From the NCBI GenBank assembly GCA_963524945.1, contig CAURJV010000011.1, forward strand, positions 28,085 through 92,084: 64,000 nt of DNA. Reading direction: 5' to 3'. The notes under the pieces were generated by a model. The model saw nothing but the letters and a program-made list of their open reading frames with translations, was not told where the DNA came from and did not search any database. The translations under genes and the position numbers were made by a program. Of this stretch, positions 20,793 to 30,477 are shown one piece after another. The DNA comes from an uncultured Clostridium sp. Its GTDB lineage: Bacteria > Bacillota > Clostridia > Clostridiales > Clostridiaceae. Position 1 is the stretch's first letter. Every line of letters starts with the position of its first letter.

Positions 20793-21548
20793 ATGAAAAA
20801 ATTTTTGGATATTATTCTTGGTATGATTATTATAGTATATATTGCAGTAATAAATATTATAAGCAGCTCTAAAATCTCATTTAGTATTCCTATTTTTATT
20901 TTAGGAGCTACTTTAATAATATATCATTTTATTAAGAGGAGAATAGAAAGTAATAAGCTTATATATAGGTATTTTAAAGTTTTAAAAGTACTAATTTGCA
21001 TAGGAGTTATATTTTTTTTAGGAATAGAAATTTTTATAATTAATTATCCTAAATATAATAAGGGGAATGCAGATTATATTATTGTTTTGGGAGCAGGACT
21101 TGATACTAAATCTAACCCAAGTTTAATCCTTCAAGGAAGATTGGATGCAGCTTTAGAATACATACAAGAAGGTGATTATAGATTCATTGTTTTATCAGGA
21201 GGACAAGGATCGGACGAGAAGCTGCCAGAATCACATGCAATGAAAAAATATTTATTAAATAGAGGAGTTGATGAGGAAAAAGTAATAATTGAAGATAATT
21301 CAAGGAATACAGATGAGAATCTTAAATTTTCAAAAGCAAAAATAGAAGAAAATAGTGGGAAATCTCTAGATAAACTTAATATTAAAATAGTAACAAGCGA
21401 TTTTCATGCTCTTAGAAGCAGTATCTTAGCAAAGAGAAATGGATATGTAAATTATAGCAATTATTCTAGTCGCACTGTATGGTATTTAATTCCTATAACA
21501 TATACAAGAGAAGCTTTTGCTATTGTTAAAAGTATGATATTTGATTAA
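20793..21548 (+). CDS. YdcF/DUF218 family membrane protein
   Basis: N-terminal TMs, IIVLGAG, SGGQG..E, S.NT.ENL, VTSDFH. Confidence 0.88.
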   Translation: MKKFLDIILGMIIIVYIAVINIISSSKISFSIPIFILGATLIIYHFIKRRIESNKLIYRYFKVLKVLICIGVIFFLGIEIFIINYPKYNKGNADYIIVLGAGLDTKSNPSLILQGRLDAALEYIQEGDYRFIVLSGGQGSDEKLPESHAMKKYLLNRGVDEEKVIIEDNSRNTDENLKFSKAKIEENSGKSLDKLNIKIVTSDFHALRSSILAKRNGYVNYSNYSSRTVWYLIPITYTREAFAIVKSMIFD

Positions 21549-21596
21549 TATTAATATACAATTGAATTTTATTAGCTTGAAAGGATAGCGTAAACA

Positions 21597-22442
21597 ATGA
21601 GGATAAATAAATTATTTAGTAACTATGGAATTTGTTCTCGAAAGGAAACAAATAGATTAATTGAAGAAAAGAGAATTATTATAAATGGAAGATATTGTGT
21701 TGAGGGACAATGGGTAAATGATTCAGATGAAGTAATATTTGACGGTAAACCAATTTCTACGGTGGAAAAAGTATATATTGTCTTGAATAAACCAGTTGGA
21801 ATTACTTGTACTGCAGAGAATAAAGTTAGTGATAATATAATTTCCTATATGAAATATCCACACTATATATTTCCAGTTGGCAGATTAGATAAAGACTCGC
21901 AAGGGCTTATTTTAATGACTAATGATGGTGAAGTTGCTAATAGGATTTTAGAAAGTGATAATATGCATGAAAAAGAATATTTAGTTCAAGTAAATAAAAA
22001 CTTTGATGATGAATTTTTAAAGAGGATGTCTGATGGAGTTGAGATTACAGGGAATAAAAGTTCTGGTGTTAGAAGGATAAGTGATAAATTAGGTCTATAT
22101 AAGAAAATAGAAGATAAAGAAATTCTACTAGGGGAAGAAGATCCAGGTGACTCGTCCATAGTACAGTTAAAAGAATTGAAAAACATAGAACGCGAACAAA
22201 ATAAATTTGTTAAAACAAGACCATGTCAAGTAGAAAGGGTAGATGACAATACATTTAAAATTATACTAACTCAGGGAATGAACAAACAAATCCGTAAGAT
22301 GAGCGGAGCTTTAGGTTATAAGGTTATTAAACTTGAAAGAATTAGAATAATGAATATAAAGCTTAATGATCTGAAGATAGGAAAATGGAGGTACTTGGAA
22401 GAAAATGAAATAAGAATTCTTAAAAATGAGTTGTTTAGGTAA
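21597..22442 (+). CDS. RsuA/RluF-family pseudouridine synthase with internal insertion
   Basis: S4 domain (CSRKE), LNKPVG, PVGRLDKDSQGL, QGMNKQIRKM. Confidence 0.92.
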   Translation: MRINKLFSNYGICSRKETNRLIEEKRIIINGRYCVEGQWVNDSDEVIFDGKPISTVEKVYIVLNKPVGITCTAENKVSDNIISYMKYPHYIFPVGRLDKDSQGLILMTNDGEVANRILESDNMHEKEYLVQVNKNFDDEFLKRMSDGVEITGNKSSGVRRISDKLGLYKKIEDKEILLGEEDPGDSSIVQLKELKNIEREQNKFVKTRPCQVERVDDNTFKIILTQGMNKQIRKMSGALGYKVIKLERIRIMNIKLNDLKIGKWRYLEENEIRILKNELFR

Positions 22443-22659
22443 AATATATCTTAGTCAACATCAATTTTGGGTTAAGATTGATAAGTATATAAGTAAACTT
22501 TATTGAAAAGGATATATGCCTATGAGATAATTAAATTAAATATAGTAGAGTTATAGTTAAAATTATAAGTAAATTCTATAATATAGGAATATTTAACCTT
22601 TTTATTATATAAACCACTATAGTTTTGAAGAAATATTTTAATTCACATGGAGAGATAGT

Positions 22660-22989
22660 ATGAAAAAAGAATTGATAAAAGCAATTGAAGCAGCAGAAAG
22701 ATATAATTTATTTTTAAAGGTAGTGACATCAGTTAGAAGCTACGATTCATATAACAGCTTTTTTAATATTTACGATGAGCATGAAGAGGCATGCAGAAGA
22801 ATAGTTGTACTTACTAAAACAAAGGAATTGGAAGAAGTTTATGATGAAGATCCAACAGAAGAAATAAAAGAATGCAAAATAGTTCAAGGTAATTTATGGA
22901 TAAATGATTATTCCCTGTTGACGAATCCAGATAAAATAAATTTATCAAGTTTATATGTTATTAAGAATTTGGTTGAGGAACTATTATGA
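22660..22989 (+). CDS. Hypothetical acidic protein overlapping the kinase start
   Basis: 109-aa ORF, GGAG RBS, ATGA overlap with next gene. Confidence 0.7.
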   Translation: MKKELIKAIEAAERYNLFLKVVTSVRSYDSYNSFFNIYDEHEEACRRIVVLTKTKELEEVYDEDPTEEIKECKIVQGNLWINDYSLLTNPDKINLSSLYVIKNLVEELL

Positions 22990-24431
22990 AAATAAAGAAA
23001 CGTCTAACCATTTCAAATATATTCATGTTAATTATACCTGTAATTATCATATTTATTATTGCGGTTATAATGAATATTCCATTTTCAAAGGCCTATGAAA
23101 ATAGATTTGAAGGTTATAGGGAGCATGATCAGTATGCTTATTTCATTCAACAAAGTTTAAAACCAGATATGAGAAATATAGAAAATAAAAATGATTTAGA
23201 CAAATTTCCAGAGGAATTACAGAAATTTCTTGATCCTAAGGGATATCACCTAATAATAACATATGATGGGGAAATTGTATCATCAAATATTGAAGATAAG
23301 GATAAAGAAGCTATTTCAATGATAGGGGATGATGTACTTTTTAAATCTAATTCATTAGTTTTAGAAATGAACTCCATATCCTTAGTTAAAAATAGCTTTG
23401 TTAAGGATAATAAAGTAGTAAATATTATTGCAATAAATCCATCATATAAACCTGTAAGGATTGACATAAAAAATGAAATGTCAACTTTGGTAATAAGCTA
23501 TATAATAATGGTTATTATAATTTCACTAATTGTTGTTACGATAACTAATGTTATACTATCAAGTAAGATTTATAAGAAATTAATTCGTCCTTTAGAACTT
23601 TTAAGCTATGGAGCTGAACAGATAAAAAACGGAAATCTGGACTTTGAAATGAATTATGAAAGTGATGATGAATTTGGACAAGTTTGTGGTGATTTTGATG
23701 AAATGAGATTAAGATTAAAACATTCGGTCGATATGCAGCTAAAATATGAAGAAGATAGAAAACAACTAGTGGTAGGAATATCTCATGATCTAAGAACACC
23801 ATTGACCGCAATTAAAGGTTACGTGGAAGGATTACGTGATGGAGTAGCAAATACTCCTGAAAAACAAAAAAAGTATCTAGACACAATTTATACTAAAGCT
23901 TGTGATATGGATGTATTAGTTGATAGTTTGTTCCTTTTTTCTAAATTAGATACAGGCCGATTTCCATTTAAATTTGATGTAGTAAACATTAGGGAATATA
24001 TAGAGAGATTTTACAGATGTGCTAAGAAAGAATTCTATGGAAAAAAAGTTGAAATTTCATTTGAAAGTAAATGTGAAAATTCAACATTAGTGAAACTCGA
24101 TTATAATGAAATGAATAGAGTTCTTCTGAATATATTGGATAATAGTGTTAAATATAAGCAGAATAGTGAAGTTAAAATAAAAATTAAATTGTATGAAGAT
24201 GAAGAACTTGTAGTATTAGAAATTAGTGATAATGGTTCGGGGGTTCCAGATGAAGATCTTTCTAAGTTATTTATAAGTTTTTATAGAGGAGATGTTTCGC
24301 GCACAAAGCCTAATGAAGGAAGTGGACTTGGATTAGCTATAGCAAAACATATAATAGAAGCGCATGATGGAGAGGTTAAAGCCTATAATAAGGATGGACT
24401 TACAATAAGAATAACATTACCTAAAAGATAA
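22986..24431 (+). CDS. Membrane sensor histidine kinase (HAMP-HisKA-HATPase)
   Basis: Two TMs, SHDLRTPLT, NSVKY, DNGSG, GSGLGL. Confidence 0.95.
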   Translation: MKIKKRLTISNIFMLIIPVIIIFIIAVIMNIPFSKAYENRFEGYREHDQYAYFIQQSLKPDMRNIENKNDLDKFPEELQKFLDPKGYHLIITYDGEIVSSNIEDKDKEAISMIGDDVLFKSNSLVLEMNSISLVKNSFVKDNKVVNIIAINPSYKPVRIDIKNEMSTLVISYIIMVIIISLIVVTITNVILSSKIYKKLIRPLELLSYGAEQIKNGNLDFEMNYESDDEFGQVCGDFDEMRLRLKHSVDMQLKYEEDRKQLVVGISHDLRTPLTAIKGYVEGLRDGVANTPEKQKKYLDTIYTKACDMDVLVDSLFLFSKLDTGRFPFKFDVVNIREYIERFYRCAKKEFYGKKVEISFESKCENSTLVKLDYNEMNRVLLNILDNSVKYKQNSEVKIKIKLYEDEELVVLEISDNGSGVPDEDLSKLFISFYRGDVSRTKPNEGSGLGLAIAKHIIEAHDGEVKAYNKDGLTIRITLPKR

Positions 24432-24472
24432 TTATAAAATGGGGATTTATTATAGAGTGGGGAGGATAGTCA

Positions 24473-25171
24473 ATGAAAAAGATATTAATAATAGAAGATG
24501 ATGAAAGTATAGCTGAATTAGAAAGAGATTATCTGGAGATAACTGGATTCAGAACAGAAATTGCTGAAAACGGATATAAAGGACTGGATCTTGCGCTAAA
24601 TGAAGAATTTGATTTGATTCTCTTAGATGTGATGCTGCCAGGAAAGGACGGCTTTAAAGTTTGTCAGGAGATAAGAGCTGTTAAAGAAATACCTATTTTG
24701 ATGGTAACTGCTAAAAAAGAAGATATCTATAAGATACAAGGACTTGGCATAGGTGCTGATGACTATATTGTAAAGCCATTTAGTCCAAGCGAGCTTGTAG
24801 CAAGAGTAAATGCTCACATTTCTAGATATGAACGTCTCACAACTATTGAAAAAAATAGCGATAATGAAAAAAGTTCAATAATTATTGGACGCATTAAAAT
24901 TTTACTTAAAGCAAGAAGAGTTTATATAGGAGAAAATGAAGTTAAATTTGCTAACAAGGAATTTGAACTTTTAATGTTTTTAGCTTCAAACCCTAATATT
25001 GTATTTTCAAAAGATACATTGCTAGACAGGATATGGGGAGAAGAATCTTTAGGAGATAGTTCTACTATAACTGTACATATTAATAGAATAAGGGAGAAAA
25101 TTGAGTTAGATAGCAGTAATCCTGAATATATTGAAACTGTGTGGGGAGCTGGATATAGATTTAACTTATAA
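24473..25171 (+). CDS. OmpR-family response regulator
   Basis: IEDD, LDVMLPG, KPF, IETVWGAGY. Confidence 0.95.
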   Translation: MKKILIIEDDESIAELERDYLEITGFRTEIAENGYKGLDLALNEEFDLILLDVMLPGKDGFKVCQEIRAVKEIPILMVTAKKEDIYKIQGLGIGADDYIVKPFSPSELVARVNAHISRYERLTTIEKNSDNEKSSIIIGRIKILLKARRVYIGENEVKFANKEFELLMFLASNPNIVFSKDTLLDRIWGEESLGDSSTITVHINRIREKIELDSSNPEYIETVWGAGYRFNL

Positions 25172-25284
25172 ATTAGTGCTTATTTTATGTTGAATGAAAA
25201 GATGTTTATCTCAATAATTATTTGAGTTTATATAATAAACTTTAATGATAAGATAAAGAGATTAACAGAGAATTATGAAATGCT

Positions 25285-25344
25285 AGCTAGAGGTGTAATT
25301 ATTTTTGTAAAGAAATACAAAAGTTAATTGCACCTCTAGCTTTT
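25285..25344 (+). terminator. Terminator after the response regulator
   Basis: AGCTAGAGGTGTAATTA ... TAATTGCACCTCTAGCT-TTT. Confidence 0.8.
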
Positions 25345-25356
25345 GTTTATAATGTT

Positions 25357-25435
25357 AAATTTAACATAAATTTAACATTTGTTTATATTCTGTTTATATA
25401 TGTGTAATAGAGATGTTACAATCCTTTATTATAAT
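25357..25435 (+). promoter_or_regulatory. OmpR-type direct repeats plus -10 box upstream of the export operon
   Basis: TTAACA-N5-TTAACA (25361-25377), TGTTTA-N5-TGTTTA (25380-25396), TGTAAT-N5-TGTTAC (25403-25419), TATAAT 25430-25435. Confidence 0.7.
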
Positions 25436-25495
25436 TAGAAAATAAATTTAAAGTAGAATAATATTACTAAATGACAAATCGAGGAGGAGACAAGA

Positions 25496-26671
25496 TTGAG
25501 AAAAACATTTATAAGTTTTTTAATTGGAACTTTAGTGGTTTCTAGTATTATATCAATGATTAATATACCAAGTGTATATGCTGATACTACTGATAATAGT
25601 ACAATTAACGAAGTGTCTGATAGTGGTACGATTAAAGTATCATTAGAAAACATACGAGATATTATGACTGAAAATAATTTAAATATTAAGATTCTGGATA
25701 ATAAGCTTAAGATTGCCCAAGAAACATATGACGATGATAAGTCGGCTTATACTTCAAAAACTGAGCCTAAGCAAGAAAACTATAAAGATGATAATGGAAA
25801 TTATGATGATGCAGCTTATAAGAAAGCTTTGGATGCCTACAAATCAGCTAGAGACGACTATGAAAAATCCAAAGATGATTTAAAAACAGCTAGAGATAAT
25901 TATGATAAAGGTGTTGAAGATCAGGTTTATACAGCTCAACAAGCATATATAGCTTATTTGTATGATTTATCGAAAAGTAAAATATCAGATGATACGAAGG
26001 AGCAAAATGAAAAAAAGGAACAAATATATAAAATTCAATATGATAGTGGATTTATATCAAAAAATAAATATACTGAGTTATTACAAGCCAATACATCAGA
26101 TAATGATTCAAAGTCGACAAATGATACAGTAGAACTTGATAGAATTAAGCTATGCAATACTTTAGGGATTAGTCCTGAGGAAAAAGTAATATTCAATACA
26201 GATATAACTAAAGACTTTCAGGTTATATCTAAGATAAATTATGAAGATGATTTAAAACAGATGCTTGACAATAGCTTAGAAATAAAATTGCAAAATGATA
26301 CTATTGATGACTTAAAAGATCAAGAAGATGATTACGATGATAAAGATCAAGATGATATTTATGATTATAAACTTGAGAATGAAAACACTCAATTAACACA
26401 ACTTATTAATAATTCAGAAACAGATTTCAAGAAACAATATAATGATTTAATGACTTCTTACAATTCAATAAAAAGCAGCTATGATGTGATAAACCAGAAA
26501 CAAAAAGAATATGAAATTGAGCAAAAGAAATATGATTATGGATTTGTTTCAAAAAATGATGTCGATGCTGCGAAATTGACTTTAGATAATGATAACGCGG
26601 ATTTTATAAATAAAAGAAATCAATGCTATTTATCTTATTTAAAGTACATTGAAATGAAAGAGGGTTACTAA
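25496..26671 (+). CDS. Secreted coiled-coil protein, TolC/OEP-like helical repeats
   Basis: Signal peptide (..SVYA), two repeats ending in YDSGFISK / YDYGFVSK; first gene of an MFP-ABC operon. Confidence 0.65.
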   Translation: MRKTFISFLIGTLVVSSIISMINIPSVYADTTDNSTINEVSDSGTIKVSLENIRDIMTENNLNIKILDNKLKIAQETYDDDKSAYTSKTEPKQENYKDDNGNYDDAAYKKALDAYKSARDDYEKSKDDLKTARDNYDKGVEDQVYTAQQAYIAYLYDLSKSKISDDTKEQNEKKEQIYKIQYDSGFISKNKYTELLQANTSDNDSKSTNDTVELDRIKLCNTLGISPEEKVIFNTDITKDFQVISKINYEDDLKQMLDNSLEIKLQNDTIDDLKDQEDDYDDKDQDDIYDYKLENENTQLTQLINNSETDFKKQYNDLMTSYNSIKSSYDVINQKQKEYEIEQKKYDYGFVSKNDVDAAKLTLDNDNADFINKRNQCYLSYLKYIEMKEGY

Positions 26672-26673
26672 AA

Positions 26674-28149
26674 TTGAAGCTTTTATTTAATAAAAAAACT
26701 TTAGCTAATAAAGAAATTATAGAAACAACTGAAGCAAGCAAGAAAAAATTTTTCACTAAAAGGAAAGTTATAAGTTTAGTAGCTGTATTAGTTGTTATAG
26801 CAATAGGAGGCGGTATTTATAAGGTGAAATTTGCTAAAACAAAAACAACGCAAAGCAGTGTCAAGTATACCACCCTTAAGAAAACAAATATTGCTACAAC
26901 AATTAGTTCATCAGGTGCTATAAAGAGTGGGGATTCCACAAATATATATTCAAATTTAGAATATAATGTTGCATCGATTAACGTTTCAGTTGGAGAGGTA
27001 GTAAAAAAAGGAGACGTGCTTGCAACAATAGATACATCAACTCTACAAGAACAACTTGCAGAAGCAGAACAAACTCTAACGGCAAATGAGGAAAAAAATC
27101 AGTTATCATTAACAAGTGCAAAACAAAAATACGATAACTTACAGTATTTACATGATAATAATTTACAGACTGATATAATAAATGCAGAAAAATCTGTTGA
27201 CAGTGCAAAACTTGATATGGAAGATAAGAATAAAGTTTATGAATATGATAAGGTCATGTTTCAAAATGGCGAAATCTCTCAACAAGATTTAAACACAGCA
27301 AAAACAAATTATGAAAATTCTAAAGGAGTTTACGATAAATCAACGGTTGCATTAGAAGCGGCAAAAGTTAATTCTGATCAATCACTATCTGAAGCAAAAA
27401 CAGCTTATGAATCGGCTCAAGCAGCGGCTAATGATAAGAGTAGTAGGCTTGCATATGAAGACAAGAAGAAGAAATTGCAAGATGCACAAGTTGTAGCGAC
27501 TGTGGATGGGACAGTAACTAATGTAAATGCTGTAGTAGGTATACAAGCATCTGGAGCATTATTTGTAATTCAAGATTTAGGAAATTTAATTGTTAATGCA
27601 AGTGTTGATGAAACAGATGTCGCAAAAGTAAAAGTGGGACAAAAAGCTCAAATAACAACGGATGCATCAGGCTCTGATATTATTGATGCACAAGTTGTAA
27701 GTGTTGAACCAGTTTCTAGTACTGCAAGTGCAAGTACAAGTACAACTAGCACTAGCAATGGTAAAACTAGCACTAGTACTAGCTCTACCGGTAACACTAC
27801 AAGCAGTGATGTATCTTTCACAGTTAAGGTACAGTTAACAGGTAAAAATGATAAGGTGAAAGTAGGTATGAATTCAGTAGTAAATATTATTACAGATGAA
27901 AAAAATGATATCTATTCAGTACCATATGGAGCAGTAATTAATAATAATGGACAAAACGAGGTTTATGCAGCAGTTGAACAGGGTGGAAAATATATTGTTA
28001 AGGAAATTCCTGTAACTAAAGGTATAGAATCAAATGCAAATGTTGAAATTGATGGTCCTGATCTTTCAGACGGAATGATTATACTTAACGAACCAACAAA
28101 TTATAAAGTTGGTGATACAGTACAAATAAGTTCTCGAAAAACAAAGTAG
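26674..28149 (+). CDS. Efflux membrane-fusion (adaptor) protein
   Basis: N-terminal TM, VSVGEVVKKGDVLA, long helical hairpin, ATVDGTV, VDETDVAKVKVGQ. Confidence 0.9.
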   Translation: MKLLFNKKTLANKEIIETTEASKKKFFTKRKVISLVAVLVVIAIGGGIYKVKFAKTKTTQSSVKYTTLKKTNIATTISSSGAIKSGDSTNIYSNLEYNVASINVSVGEVVKKGDVLATIDTSTLQEQLAEAEQTLTANEEKNQLSLTSAKQKYDNLQYLHDNNLQTDIINAEKSVDSAKLDMEDKNKVYEYDKVMFQNGEISQQDLNTAKTNYENSKGVYDKSTVALEAAKVNSDQSLSEAKTAYESAQAAANDKSSRLAYEDKKKKLQDAQVVATVDGTVTNVNAVVGIQASGALFVIQDLGNLIVNASVDETDVAKVKVGQKAQITTDASGSDIIDAQVVSVEPVSSTASASTSTTSTSNGKTSTSTSSTGNTTSSDVSFTVKVQLTGKNDKVKVGMNSVVNIITDEKNDIYSVPYGAVINNNGQNEVYAAVEQGGKYIVKEIPVTKGIESNANVEIDGPDLSDGMIILNEPTNYKVGDTVQISSRKTK

Positions 28150-28156
28150 GGGGTGA

Positions 28157-28900
28157 GTGTCTTTGAGTAAAAATATAATAGAAATGAAAGACATTACAAA
28201 AAGCTTCTATATTGGAACTCCAAATCAATTAAATATTTTAAAAGGAATTGATATTAGTGTAAAAGAAGGAGAATTTGTAGCAATAGTCGGTTCATCTGGT
28301 TCTGGAAAAAGTACATTAATGAATATTATAGGAGCACTTGATAGAGCAACTTCTGGGAACTATATTTTAGATGGTACAAATATTAATGAGATATCTGATA
28401 ATGGTTTATCTGAAGTAAGAAATAAACAAATAGGTTTTGTATTTCAAACATATAATCTAATTCCAAGAAGTTCAGCCTTGAAAAATGTGGAATTACCAAT
28501 GCTATATTATGGAATGAGTAAAAAAGATAGAAGAATACGTGCAGAAGAACTTTTAGATCTTGTCGGAATGAAAGATAGAATGTCTCATCAACCAAATGAA
28601 CTGTCAGGAGGACAAAAGCAGAGAGTGGCTATTGCGAGAGCATTAGCTAATGATCCGAGTATAATACTTGCGGACGAGCCAACGGGTGCTCTTGATTCAA
28701 CAACCGGAAGGTTAGTTATGGATTTATTTCATAAAGTCCATGAGCAAGAAGGTAAAACTATTGTATTTATAACCCATAACAGCGAACTTGCAGAGGAAAC
28801 AGAAAGAATTATAACTTTGAAGGATGGAAATATAATATCTGAAAAAAAGAATGATATGTACTACAGAAGATTTCCAAAAGAGGACAAAGTATGTTTATAA
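28157..28900 (+). CDS. ABC transporter ATP-binding protein (MacB/LolD type)
   Basis: GSSGSGKST, LSGGQKQR, ADEPTGALD; start may be TTG 28163. Confidence 0.95.
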   Translation: MSLSKNIIEMKDITKSFYIGTPNQLNILKGIDISVKEGEFVAIVGSSGSGKSTLMNIIGALDRATSGNYILDGTNINEISDNGLSEVRNKQIGFVFQTYNLIPRSSALKNVELPMLYYGMSKKDRRIRAEELLDLVGMKDRMSHQPNELSGGQKQRVAIARALANDPSIILADEPTGALDSTTGRLVMDLFHKVHEQEGKTIVFITHNSELAEETERIITLKDGNIISEKKNDMYYRRFPKEDKVCL

Positions 28901-30384
28901 AAGAAAATATAATGCTTGCAGTTGCAGGGCTCAAATCCAATAAAATGAGAGCGTTACTTACAATGCTTGGAATAATAATAGGGATAGCGTCAGTAATTGG
29001 TGTTGTTTCAGTAGGAAATGCAATGACCTCTTCTTTAACAAGTTCAATGTCCTCAATGGGTGCAACTAATATTACAGTTAACGTGCAAGAAAAAAGTACT
29101 ACAAGTACATTAAATTCGTTGAATTCCGATAATTCGAATTTAAAAGACAAAAATAATTCGAATTCAAAAAATTCAGGTTCGAAAAATTCTAACAGTTCAA
29201 ACTCGAAAAGCTCAAATGGTACTTCACAAAATAATAGTGGAGGCGCAAAGTCAGGCGGTGGCGCACCACAAGGTGGGGGTGGAGTGCCAGGTGCAGGTGC
29301 CATGAAAGCAGCAAGCGGAGGAGGAATGCCTCCAGGAGGTTCAGGAAGACAAGGAAAATCAAGTAGCACTGCAAAAGATATTGACCTTATGACAATGGAA
29401 CAGATAAATGATTTACAGGAAAACTTTAGTGACGAAATAAGTTCTATAAGTGTATCTGAAAGTGGTAGCTCAGGTAAAGTTAAAAATGATTCAACGTATT
29501 CTAATGTAAGCACAGTAGGGACAAATGTTGGATATAAAGATGTTAAAAATTTGGAAATGGCCGAAGGTAGATATCTTTCACAAAATGATATTGATGGAGC
29601 AAAAGATGTTGCAGTAGTTTCAGATAAATTAGTATCCAAGATATTTGGAACAAATGTAGATCCCATAAATCAGGATATAAAAGTTTATACATCAAATGCA
29701 ATTTACACATACACAATAGTTGGAGTATATAAATATAAAGCTTCGGGAGGAAATAGAACAACATCTGATGAAAATTTAACTACTGACCTATATATTCCTG
29801 TTACTGTAACAAAGAAGACAGCAACTAATAAAAATTACCAGACATTTCAAATAAAAGCAAAAGATGAAGTAAATGTTCAATCATTTACTAATGAATTATC
29901 AGACTACTTATCTAAGCTTTATGCAAAAAATGCAAAGTTTGAAGCTCAAGCAAGCAATATGGAAAGTATGCTTGAATCAATGACATCAATGATGACTACA
30001 GTTGCAGTGGCTATATCTGCTATTGCAGGAATTTCACTCGTGGTTGGCGGAATTGGAGTTATGAATATAATGCTAGTATCTGTTACAGAAAGAACAAGAG
30101 AGATAGGAACTAGAAAGGCACTTGGAGCTAAAAGCAGTCATATAAAGATGCAATTTATAGTTGAATCAATTATAATATGCTCCATTGGTGGTATTTTAGG
30201 AATATTACTTGGTTTAGGTGCAGGAGCAATTGGTTCAAAAGCTATGGGGTATGCAACTACAGTATCGCCATTAGTTATTTTAATAAGTTTTTCATTTTCA
30301 ATGTTTATTGGAGTATTCTTTGGATATTATCCAGCAAAGAAAGCAGCGGAATTAGATCCGATAGAAGCGCTTAGATATGAGTAG
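28891..30384 (+). CDS. MacB/FtsX-type ABC permease
   Basis: LLTMLGIIIGI, VGGIGVMNIMLVSVTERTREIG, PIEALRYE. Confidence 0.95.
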   Translation: MFIKENIMLAVAGLKSNKMRALLTMLGIIIGIASVIGVVSVGNAMTSSLTSSMSSMGATNITVNVQEKSTTSTLNSLNSDNSNLKDKNNSNSKNSGSKNSNSSNSKSSNGTSQNNSGGAKSGGGAPQGGGGVPGAGAMKAASGGGMPPGGSGRQGKSSSTAKDIDLMTMEQINDLQENFSDEISSISVSESGSSGKVKNDSTYSNVSTVGTNVGYKDVKNLEMAEGRYLSQNDIDGAKDVAVVSDKLVSKIFGTNVDPINQDIKVYTSNAIYTYTIVGVYKYKASGGNRTTSDENLTTDLYIPVTVTKKTATNKNYQTFQIKAKDEVNVQSFTNELSDYLSKLYAKNAKFEAQASNMESMLESMTSMMTTVAVAISAIAGISLVVGGIGVMNIMLVSVTERTREIGTRKALGAKSSHIKMQFIVESIIICSIGGILGILLGLGAGAIGSKAMGYATTVSPLVILISFSFSMFIGVFFGYYPAKKAAELDPIEALRYE

Positions 30385-30424
30385 AAGAGATTTTAAAATA
30401 AGTTAATATTTAAAAAAAGTTTTT

Positions 30425-30466
30425 TAATGCCATGGAGTTATTATGTATTATTGCTCCATGGCATTA
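30425..30466. terminator. Bidirectional terminator
   Basis: TAATGCCATGGAG ... CTCCATGGCATTA. Confidence 0.75.
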
Positions 30467-30477
30467 CTATATTACTA

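Noticed and set aside
22047..22214. Intein in the pseudouridine synthase
   Set aside because: Too short and lacks intein terminal motifs
28809..29666. 285-aa minus-strand ORF
   Set aside because: Antisense shadow of the low-complexity part of the ABC permease; no RBS or family features
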